Shown here: in pieces, positions 49,401-61,400 of the stretch | How positions within the stretch are numbered: the first letter of the stretch is position 1 | How the letters are laid out: the number at the start of each line of letters is the position of its first letter | Assembly: GCA_964188305.1 (NCBI GenBank) | Contig: OZ076892.1 | Strand: one strand, 5' to 3' | Source: Podarcis bocagei | Lineage: Eukaryota | Length of the DNA stretch: 64,000 nt | Translations under genes and position numbers: made by a program | Notes under the pieces: generated by a model | Seen by the model: the letters and a program-made list of their open reading frames with translations, nothing else | The model's database searches: none | Told to the model about the DNA's origin: nothing

Positions 49401-52400
49401 CTGCAGCATAATCTTATGAAGGTGGTGGTATACATGGGAGAAAGTATTTTTTTTATTTTTTATTTTTTGCTTTTGCAGTGCCTCCCTGAAAGCAAATATT
49501 TTTCAGTTAACGTTCATGTCACAAAAAAGAGCAACTGGGAACACTCACCTTGATATTTCTGTAGGTTTCGTTGAGAACCATTTTGTTGAATTCTGGATTC
49601 TTAAGTGTGTCAAGGAAATTAGAATAAAGGCTGTGGAAGTTTGGCTCAATACTAACTCTCTTCATCACAAGGTACTGTGAAACCCAAGGCATGAACTCCT
49701 CTTTCACCGTTTCTTTCAGTTCCTCAACCTGGCTCCATAAACACGTTAAAGGGAAATGGATCAATGAAACATAATGTTCGTGACACTCACAGGCATTCGT
49801 TCCAGTGAAAATATTCAGTTACCAAGACTTGCAACCTAACTAGTCCCACACCACTAATTGATTTGCTTACTTCAATTAACCATTTATTTCCTACTGTAAA
49901 GCCATTTATTTCTTCCTCTCCTGCTAACTCATCAGAACAATGCTGTGTGGACTCTGAGCTAGAAATATTATCAGCCAAGAAAACCAGAATTCAGAGATCT
50001 CTAGTAATCATGCAAATAAAATGGATTTGCCTAATACTACTTCTCTTGATTAATAATAATGATTTTATTATTTATATCCCACCCATCTGGCTGGGTTTTC
50101 CCAGCTACTCTGGGTGGCTTACAGCATATATTAAAACATTGTAAAGAGTGCCAAAGCATTATTTTGCTAGGCTTCTTCCATGGTTTGGAAGCCATAAATG
50201 AGAAGAAACTTGCATCAAGAAAAAAATGATTAAGGTAAGCCAAGTCTGGCACCCAACATCACTTTTTATGTTCAATTAGGAACACATGGAGAGCCAGTTA
50301 TGCAGTATAGAGACCTGATTATACAGTGTGATAGAATAAATGTGTACGCAATGCCTTTTCCCCCGTTAAGTAGTATCAGTTGCAGATGATAAAATGTCCC
50401 TGCAGAAATCTGGCAGCAGATAAGGTTTAAAGTTTTTGACCTTTTGGTAGACAAATCTGATCATTTTCCCAATATATGAGCAGCTAAAGGACTACCAAAG
50501 GCACAAAAGACTACCCCAAAATTATTTTAGATTTTACTTATTATATGTTAATTCATTATATTTATTTTATGTTTACAATTCTAAAATTTTGGAAGGCTGC
50601 TAAATAAAAAAAACCTTTGGCATGCATGCATGCATACATAGGCATAATTCTAGTTAGTTCTCTACATGTATAAGAATCACTCAAGGAACATAAATTATAA
50701 GGACTAAAATGTTGTGCGACACTTGCCTTCTGAGTCATGTTGGATTGTGACAGATTGTTGAAGATAAAAGCAATCTTTTCCTGCACGTTTTCAGGGGGTT
50801 CAACAATTCTCTCTGTTTGATCTGTGGCTACTAACAGGGTGTCAATGTTGGTTGTATTAATAGAAGGCTGCAGAACAAGAAAAATGATTTGCGGAAGTGA
50901 GTTGATTCAGTTAATGATACAACAGACCATCATGGACTTATGCTACAGCATAAACAATATTTCACAATACAGTTACAAAAGGGAGACAACAGTTATACAT
51001 GCAAAAAGGAGTGTACATTTAGTTTATGTGTTAGTGAATTATAGGAGTTAACTTAAGCTTGGGAATCTATAAGACACGAGGAGTAAGATTTTTGCTCACA
51101 TGGGCAACAGAATAGTGAAAGAAAAAAATGACTTCATTAAACAAAGTAGAAATTCTTGGTACAAGAAACAACAGCCAGAAACGTAAACCCAGCAGGATTC
51201 CTTAGTTGAAACTGGCCCATCGAAAACAGTTTGGAAGAACGAAGAGTGAGAATAGAAAGCAGGAGAAGCAGCTAACGCCAACACAGGGAAGGAAACAACT
51301 GCTTGATATTTAATAACAAAACAACAGAAAAAACAAAAATAGTCAGGTAATTATCCAGACTAGGCATACAAGAAAAACAAATCCTTTTTATTAGAGTGTA
51401 ACTGTGGTTAAAGTAGCAGAGGTTCTGCATGTGATATGTGTATGCTATGAACATTAGATGGGGTTTATCTTCCTTGTTTTACTCCTAAGAACTGATGCAT
51501 GCGTAATCTCATTCTACTTCCTCCCGTAAAATGGCTCATGTACTTACTGGCACATCCTTCTTGAAGCTGACTCGACCCACTGGAGTGATTGTAGTCTTTG
51601 CCACAGTAGTAGTGGTAGTAGAGGTGGTGACTATAGTGCTAACTTGACCAGCAAGAGGAGTTTTTGCCGGAACCTGAGCCTGGGCCTGGGCCTGGGCAAG
51701 TGCAATACTTCCAGGGGTGGTGATTGACCCCTGCATCTTCACAGGAGGATCTCTAGACTGCTGTCCATATTCAATGTACTATAACAGACAAGAAGTATAT
51801 AGCTCTTAAAACTCAACATACAACCACAGGTATGTAACAAATCTTACAACTGCCTTCTAGAACTACTCCCCAAACTCTTGGCCTTGAAGTTTGTGGCACA
51901 AATGAAACTCCATAAATGGCCTGAAATCACCAACAAAAGACATTTTACGTATTTTAGAAATTTCCTTTTTGTCTTGGATCAATTAGCAATTCCAATGTTA
52001 ACCCTGGATTTTCCACTCCATCGTCTTTCTCCCATTCTGTGGGAGCAGAAGTAGCAGGAACTAGATCCAAGATGTGCCCTGCTTCTGCAAGGGAGGGTAA
52101 GCCTTCCTTGCAGACTTCAATGAGAGCAAAAAGTAGTAAACAGTGAAGTAATCCAGGGGTAGAAATATTCCAAATCCTATAGTCTAGATAAGGACAACAA
52201 ATTTCCTGCAACCACTGATGAAGCCCATTTACACAGATGACACACGATATTACAACTAAGAGACTAATGCTGTCTTTTCTGAAGCAAAGGTGTAAGAACT
52301 ACAATTGGTAAGACTTTCAGTGTTATTAATCACATGTAAATATTCAATACTGCATATAAAATATAGAAATCCCCACTGATTGGTGTGTTACTAACGTAGA

Positions 52401-55400
52401 GATCCTAAACCAACATTGCTTTTAGTGTTTGGACTACAGCCTTTGGATCAGACCTTCAGAATCCTAATTCCACTGTCCCTGGTTTTGTTTGCTTTCAGAA
52501 GGTCTGGGCAGACAGACTGCTGTGCCTAGCGGTATGGATTTATTTGCTAGGAAAGACCATGTACAACTCAACCATATAAGAAGCTGCTTGGCAAGGATTA
52601 AAGTAATTGTCAAATGAACACTTCCAGTGGCAAAGGGCTACAGGTCTCCTTGAAAGGAGGTTTACAGAAAAGCGGACATGCATTAAGATTAACCTGTTTC
52701 TCTCCTCTCAGATGCATGGGCTACTCGCACTCAAGTTTTCCAGATCCTTTTGTACTGAATGGACCCTGAAGCATGAAACTAATGGAATGCTGAGGTTTTT
52801 CAATATGCAAATACACCTAACTCAATTCAGATGTCCCCCCCCCACCCCTCACTGTCCATGCCTTTAACACTCACCTCCTGCAGGTGATGAGGGAACTGTA
52901 TAAAGTGACTAATGGAAGCCAAGTGCTGACAATACTGGGGATAGTCCTTCAATCTGTCAACAGTAAAACTATCCATTAGTAGGAGAAAACAAATGGCCTG
53001 ATCAATACATTAATGGTTAAATCTTTGGCTTAACTGATACTGGATCTGCAGTGAAGATTTCTGGTTCTACCAGATGCAAGCTAGTTAGCAAAAGTATGAA
53101 TGCTATTGATGCAGCCAGTGATTCCAACTGTATGCTGCCAAGGCATAAGCACAAGGACACAAGAAGAACCTGCTGAATTAGGACAAAGGCCCATCTAGTC
53201 AAGAACTCTTGTTTTCATAGTGACCATCTAGATGCCCATGGGAAGCCCACAAGCAATACCTGAGCACAACAGCACTCACTCCACATGCAGTTCCCAGCAA
53301 CTTGTATTCAGAGGCACACTATCTCCAAAAATGGAGGCAGAACATAGCCATTGTGGTACCTAGGAGCTATTGGTGGCTTTCTCCTCCAAGAATACTGCAT
53401 ATTGCAAAGGGGCCAACCTACCAAACAATAAGACTTAGATCCACATTTATGGGCCACCCCCACAGATTGTGCTATTAGCTACCCTTTTCTAAAAAGCCAA
53501 TCAATTTGTCAATATAGCTCTCATAGTTCCCAATAACATCTTTGGAAAGAACCACAGCAGTCTTCTCAAGTGACATATGGCAGACATATGCCTCTTTACT
53601 AAATACACAGCTTGTTGTTGCTCCCCTCTAACCCCTTCTAGAATTCCCTACCCTGTTGGCCCTCTTTCTTCTGCTGCTCTCCCCACAACATTCTAAATGC
53701 AGAAACAGTTTTTAATGCAGAACATTCTGCAATTTAAGGCTAATATAGGTACAGAATCCAATTTGCAAAATTCAGCCTTAAAAATGTTTTGATAACTAAA
53801 TAAGAAATATCAGTCTTGCTTGTTAAATACATGAAGGCTAACTTCAATTTCAGAACTAAATGTTTGTTAGAACACCTGTCTGCTTAGATGTACTTTAAAG
53901 ATAGGAATCCTTATGCTCTCTCATTTTATCAGCTAGATAGCTGTAAAACTATGACAGCTCTTTGAATGAAAATTTCTACTGAACAAGAAACCAATTCAAA
54001 TATACAGCACCGAAAGGAAGAACAGTACAGAGCAATAATGGATAAAAATTACAAAGTCTCTCAGTAGGGATATTAAACAAAACCCCAAGTTGCACTGATG
54101 TTCCAAAGGTGTACTAAAGTTCTGCGAATCTCAAGCTTTCATTAAAAACTTGTAGTAGTTATGGTTTCAGAAATTATCCTGAACATGACAAGTTTTCCCA
54201 CAGGGGTATGAAGCTATGTATATCTTGCTCCAAAGATGCAGGAGATAAGGAACAATATGCAAACTGTCTGAAACAGATAGAAGGGTGCAGAATCACAGAG
54301 TGCTTGCCACAGGATTCACAGGGGTGGCATGGAGGAGTACACAGAGGTAGTGTGAAAGGAAGAGGGGAGGAAACTGACTACTGGGATGTGGAATGGTCAC
54401 ACTGCTGTGGGGAGAGGAGAAATGGACTCAGACTGGTTTCTACTGTGCAACAAAGAAGTAGCTACTTACCAGCACTTTTGACATGTTGGCATCTGGTAAG
54501 TGAGGCCCCCACTAGTTGTTTCTAGAGGGCCATGAATACTGCCTTGCAAAATGGATGAAAGTTAAGCTTTCCATCGTAACGAATCTTGGGAGAGTGACCT
54601 TGCATGACCCAGATGTATAAAGTACAATCCAGGCAAAGTTATTTCAGTGGGAAAGAGGCTCCTCCCATTAATACAAATGAGACAAAAATGGGCTCAACTT
54701 TAGCTGGATTGCTCCTAGTCTTTGTAAGTCTACAAGGCAGCTTCACTTCCAGTAACACTGATTTGCTTTCTCCTTTTCCCCCCAGGAGCAATATTAATAT
54801 ATATATGCCAACTGATACTTTCAAAGCCATTTTAAGGCAATTTCTATTCAGATTCATCAGATTCAGACTATAAGTAATTTACTTCCTTTTCATTTATTTT
54901 AAAATCTGCATTCCCTTTATTAGCCGAAGGTTCTATTTAATTTATGCCTCTACTGTGAGACACGTTCAATAACTGCAATATACTGTCAACCTTGTATTGG
55001 AAAGCTAAATATATTGCTGAAGTAGGCATATAGTTATGAGATTCCCCCATGCATTTTGGAAATATTATAAAAACACACTCACCTATTTTTAAATCTATCT
55101 AGTGCAGCAATACCAAAATAGTACATTTTGGATGTAAAAGGCTTTCGTAAGGCTTCAAGAACATAGCGCAAGGCCAGGCCCAGCGCCATATATGTAACCA
55201 GTCCTTTCTCTATTATCCCACCAAAGAGGCAGGCTGTTATGTGCAGCTCTTTATCGGGGTACTGGGGGAAAAACCGATATTCCTCAAACAAGTTCCTCAG
55301 CATACAGTTAAATACTTCGCGTTCTCGTTTAATGTTGGAGTCCTTAAACCTCTGTAGCATTTCTAACACCTGTAAAGAAATCAGAATGTTATGAAGAGAC

Positions 55401-58400
55401 TCAGTTTATTATGCTTAGCCCTTGGAGCACCTACACAAAGTAAAGTTTGCTGAGAAAACCAGTAAAAATTTTGCTAGGGAAAATCTCACATGTATTATTT
55501 ATTTCTATTCTGCTTACTTGTCAAGAGGGTTTTTCCAGTTAACATGCTTGAATCAGAACGCTAAGAACAAATAATACTCGCTACATGCAGCTGGCCTCAT
55601 TCACTGAAGTTTATGTCATTATGCTGGGTTTTGCACGATTATTTTCTGATGATTGTAACACCGTAAACGCAAAACATTAAATAGTGTGTCCTAATATTGC
55701 CTAAAATGTGTTCAGAAACGCATTCTAAAAGGGGAGACTCCAATTTGATCCAATTTAGTGTGCTGGGTCACCCAGACATTTAAGGCTCAGCAACTGCAGC
55801 TTTCTTTGCTAAGTAGCACTTTGTTGATTTAGGAACAACCCCCTCCCCTCAGGAGAAGTGTTCACCCAACAGAGGCACAAATCAAATTAAAGTGAAGTAT
55901 AACTTTCCCCCACTGTGACATATAACAAGCAGACAAAACTTTCAGAACAGTTATCTTTCCACTGGACCCAACTTCAAACATCCAATTTCACTTGCACAAA
56001 AGTTGTCTGCAACTGTATGGACATACATTTTGGAATTTTACAATTTAAATTTCCCTTAAACTGCAACCAAACAAAAAGCAATGTTGCAAGTACCTACTTT
56101 CTCAAATTTTCCATAAGACTGAAAAGAAAGTCTACAGTAAGGAAGGAGGGCAAGTTGAGAGAGATGCCATTACTACCCACAGCTCACCTCGTCTACAGAC
56201 ATAGTTGGATGCGGTGGGTGATTATAAATACGCTGAAAATAGCTGTTGGCTTCATCATCAATCTCTTTGCTAAAGTGCTGATTTGCCTCTGGCCATACCT
56301 GAGATAAGTCAGCTGTTGAAAAAAGTAGATACTAATTAAATAAATACACAAAATGGAGGGAAAATGTATTAATTTCATAATCACAGATCCAATGCCAAGG
56401 GAACAGAAGCATTTTGGAATATTTCAGTAGATTTCATGATGATGCAGTCTCAGTCATATTATGAGCTCAAAGAGGTTGCTTTCCTGTCACTGTAGTTCTT
56501 TGAGCGGTCCTCCGTTCAGTTACATGTATGGACTTGTGTGCCTTTGCAAACCAAACTTGTAGAGATAAAGACACGGAAAAGTTTTGGCAAGATGCCCTGT
56601 CTCAGCTACCAAGGTGCTTGCCAGCAGGATGTGGCTGCCCAAAAGAGACCAAAGAAAAGCAACACCAGCAGAGGGAGAAAGAAGTGAGCTGTGAGCACAG
56701 ATAACCACTCAAAGAGCTACAGTTACAGATAAGCAACCCATCTTTCTTCTTCATGATCAGTGTGTGGTCCCACATATGGAGACTAGCAAGCTGCCTTACC
56801 TCAGGGTGGGAAAGGTACTGTCAGGAAAACAGTATGTTAAGTACAGTCCTTTCAATGACAGCATCCACTCAAACTTGCACATCAAAGGGGTGACCGTTTC
56901 ACTGAAAGCAAGGTTGCAAGGCTGTGAACATAGTAACTTCCCATGTCAAATGTGAACAGATTACTGATAGGGACAGCAAGCAAGCTCCTTTATAGAAAAT
57001 CTGATAGTCATCCAGACCTAGTAAGAAAGTTGTTGAGTTGGGATTTGGGTACAATATAAAAAGAACTAAGTTCCAGTTAAGATGAAACACCAAGACCACC
57101 TTCAGCAGGCACGAAAGATCAGATCAGCTACATCACAACAAAGGATCAAGTGCACATAATCTTGATCATTGTGACTGGAGTTGGAGAAAGAACTTGGGGG
57201 GTGGGAAGTATTGGCAAGAGCAAGGCAGGAAGCATAGTAAGTTGGGGACAGCCACCCCAATAAGGAAAGAAAGAAGTTCCACGATGGGAGACTGCTGCAT
57301 TGCAGAGGGGGTTATTGCCATGAATTCATGACAACTTGGGCAACAGTCAACAGCATGTTGTTCACCCAGGAACATTTCCTCCATCTATAGATAGAAGATT
57401 AAAGCCATCTTCCCAGCATTTCTTGAAGAATGTTCGCTGTGCTATAGGTATGAGAGGAGAAGAAACTGTGAGACAACTAAAAAGAGAATACACTAGGAGA
57501 GAAGAAGAAAATAAAGCTGAAGCTTGGCAAAGCAAGGAAAAATAGGGCCAAGTTGTGGTATAAATGGGAGGAAGCAAGCTCCAAAAGCTGCTGCAGCAGT
57601 CAAGAAGGCACTGAGCAGGAAAGAACGAGGTCTGCATCACCAAAATGTGGCATAGCTCTAAAGGGTTCTGAATGGTGTTTAGCTCAGGCATGTAACACAT
57701 ATGTGGGACTGCATACAGACCAAGAATTTTAGTTGGAAAGGGCTGGTTTAGTTATGAGAACACATTTGTTCTTCATCAGTGATTATTCTGGAAGCCAGGA
57801 AAGCAAATCTGAATGACTGCAGAATTAAAATATCATTCATCCCTAGATTAGCATATTGGGCAGGATGCAACAAGCACTCACAGCATGCTGAACATTAATG
57901 TGCAGGTACACTTTCAAACTTCTTCAGGCAAAGCAAGAGATTAGAGATCATCTCTGTTCCACAGGCTCACATTAATGTGTTTGCAGGTAGCTATGATTAT
58001 CAAAACATAATGGCCTTGCAAACTGTAGACGTACGTTCTCGCTACTTAAGTCTTCCCTGCCCAGAAGAGTCCTTTTGTCTATTCCTGACACCAAACACCA
58101 AGCATTCCACATTCAACTGGCCACCTAACCCCTTGCTGACCCTCTAAAAACTACCACCCTAATACCAATGCTAGCATATTTCTACATCTTTCATCTATTT
58201 TCTGGCCATTGCCTCAGTCTGGTTTACTGGGAAATATTCAGCATCAAGATTTGAAAGATGCTGCCTATTCCATGTGTCATCTTCATGATTCAAAGTAGTT
58301 TCCCAACCCCCACAGCCCAAACACCCATAAGATGAAAAAAATCACCAAAGGACACGAAAGGTACACTTTGAGTGAACGAGGGTTAACAGACAAATACAAG

Positions 58401-61400
58401 TAGCATAGACTCAATGAGCTGGCCAAAATCAATTTCTGGGCAAGATTGCAATGTCACTAAAAAGTGGCAGAGACTACGTACACAATGCCACTTTCCCATC
58501 AAACTGAGGGACATTTTCCTATTCTAATATCACAAGATTGGTCTTGAGGACAATTGTGAATAATTCTATGAAGTACTCACATGAAAGCTGTTCGTTCATG
58601 AAGCCTGATAAACCACTTGATCTGTGTTGGTTTAAACCTGAAATTACTTGGAACCTACAACTGTACAAGGTTAAGCTTTTGGCATCAGTAGCTGGGAGCA
58701 CGATTAGCATGGTAAAGCCAAGCAGGTTTTAATTTAGTCACCACAAGAATGGGAGACTGCCTGGAAGTGCAACATAAGATGCTCCAAGATTCCTGGGAGA
58801 AAGGCTAGATATTGGGGAGGGCAAAGAAGGCTCCTTAGAGCAGTGTTTCCCAAACGTTTTTGGGCAACGGCACACCTGCTTACCGGAAAAGAATCTCGCG
58901 GCACACCACCATTAAAGCCCCGCCCCCGTGACGTCAGCGCGCAGCGTCACGCCGGGAGGGACGCACAAAAATGAAAGTTTTTTCCCTCCCCCTTGCCGGG
59001 GTGGGAGGAGGCAGCAGAGCGAGGGCAGCTGAGGCGGCGGCGGCGGCGGCTGCGATAGCGGGCGGAGGAGGAGCCGTCGCCGGGAGTTGCTGCTGCTGCT
59101 GTTGCTGCTGCTGCCCGGACATGCCGGCCTCCTCCTCCTCCGCTGTCTCGCGCTCCTCCCTTTTGCGCGCGCTGCCCCGCCGCTCGGCACCACCACCGCG
59201 GAGCCGCCCCGGCTCGACGCGGATCCTCCCTGCCGCCTCTCGCCGCCGCCTCTCGCCCGCCTTCCTCCCACGGCACACCAGCCGGTGTCTCACGGCACAC
59301 TAGTGTGCCGCGGAACACCGGTTGGGAAACACTGCCTTAGAGACCGCTGCCAGCCCCCACCCTAGAGGGAAAACTCACATTTACCGCACATCCACAGTCA
59401 CACTTCACAATCAGACAACATTACCACTTACAAGGTTTCATCTTACTCTGCTGGAATGTAGGCTGGTTCAGTCCTGATGTACTCAGTTTTCTTGGCACAA
59501 ATGGGTCATTATTCACTGCAGGGAGGCCAAGGGCCCCAGTTCCTATGCCCAGACTACCTGTTGTAAGACCACCTACTGAGAAAAATAAAATTATCATTTC
59601 AGTTATGTTTACAAATGCTGGCAGACATTATAATTTGTTTGCTGTTCCCACCCTGAATAGTGTCAACATGGTACTTTCATTCAGCCCACTGAAATTAATT
59701 CACAGAACTAATATCATGTCCACTGGTTTCAATGGGTTTAGACTGAGTATACTAAGTTGAATACAATTTGAAGTGCTTGCCCCAGCCAGAATTATAGGAA
59801 AAGCAGCCACATTCCTCCCATGAGTACCAGCCCCTTTACACAAAAGTACCTGGAAGCTGTGAAGAGAGTCCGCCAATCCCACTGAAAGGTGTATTCTGGT
59901 TTTGTGTGGAAAGTGGTGGAAATGCTTTTGCTGGTGACTGTGGAGTACTAAAAGCAGAACTCAAGTTTGGAGGAAAACCTGGCATACTCTGTGTGTGTGG
60001 AACTGCTGAACCACCTAGGCTGAGAGATGCCATCCCAGCAGCAAGTGGATCAATCTGAGGATAAAATCAATATTCAAAAAGAGACAAGGAGTTATTTTCT
60101 ATATCAATCAAACTTCATTCAGATCAGCCTTGCCAAAATCAGTTAAGACCACACATCAATTCCTTACACTTTGGGTCTACTCTTACAGACCCGTCAGGCA
60201 TCCTCCACCTTCAAAACGCATGCAATGCAAGGTATTTCTGTATAACCTTTTAAAACTAAACATCATCTTGTGGTTTTGGGGGTTGGGCTGCACAGTAATA
60301 GTTTGTCTGGAGCCCAAGCAACCACTTAGCTTTAAGAGCTAACTTTTACAAAAAGCTCTGTGAAACTTAGAGAAGAAAGCTTAGAATCCTTACAATGCTA
60401 CTGTCACTGTTTGCTTGTTAATATCACACAGTTTCTTTTTATTAATGAAAAGCTGCTCAATTAATCTTTAGTCTGCAGAATGGTGCCAAATTAAATCTTC
60501 AGAAAGTAAATCATGAAAGCCTATTATATCTACCACTGAATATAGTTACTAGAACCAGGTCTTCCTCCCTATTAAACCTGGAAGAAGCAGTGACAGTGTG
60601 TGGTGGTGAACAACTAATATGTGCCTTGTTTTTAAAAGAGCAGCTCAGCTGAGAACTGAGGAGCCCCAGTTATAACAAGTCCTTACAATCTAGCACCATT
60701 GCTTGACCCAAGAAGCCATGAAAAAGACATGTCAGGTTCAAAGATGGTGCTTAAACTGAACGGTTTCAATTAATATGTTTGAATTACATTTGATTATGAA
60801 TAAAAAAATAAGTTTAGAGACATATAAAAAGGCACCTCCTCCCATTATTATGCTACTTTGGTTTCTTTCAGCATCCACATACCTGAACAGGAGAGATGGC
60901 ATCTAGGCTACTAGCACTTGGTGGACGTCCTTTGGGCATAACTCCAGGTGGTGGCTGCCTTGCTTTGTTCATGACATTGCTGCAGTTGGCTACCATAGTT
61001 AGAATAGTTTCTGACAGCTCTTGAGACACACTTCTAATGAGAGAAGAAATGATTTTTACTTGCCAATAAAACCCCCCTTTTATCTAGGTGCTAAGAGAGC
61101 TATCTTTAGAACTAGGATAGCACTAGCACTGCCTGGAACACAATGTCCCAACTAGACCAGAGGAAAGAGCTCCCCAACCTCCCAAGACCAGAAAAACTAT
61201 CACCTGGCTTGTTTCAACTGATCAGCCAATATATATTGACCCCTTATTTAACTAAAGGACAAACTTGCCAACCAACTAACAAGGTATTACAAACTCCAGA
61301 GACAAGTGAAAAATAGCCCTGCGGGGTTATCTCCAACTCTTCTACATATGCTTTTAAGTACAACCTAAACATACAAAATCCTACTCATTACACAGCACTG

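Noticed and set aside
48774-49548. Expected position of SNORA46 by recalled human synteny
   Set aside because: No recognisable guide motifs or H/ACA structure seen by eye; not annotated.
35575-61165. Duplicated motif (TCTTTA.AACTAG.ATAGCAC...CAATGTCCCAACT.GACCAGAG) at ~35590 and ~61105 in two CNOT1 introns
   Set aside because: No C/D or H/ACA boxes recognisable; most simply an old interspersed repeat.
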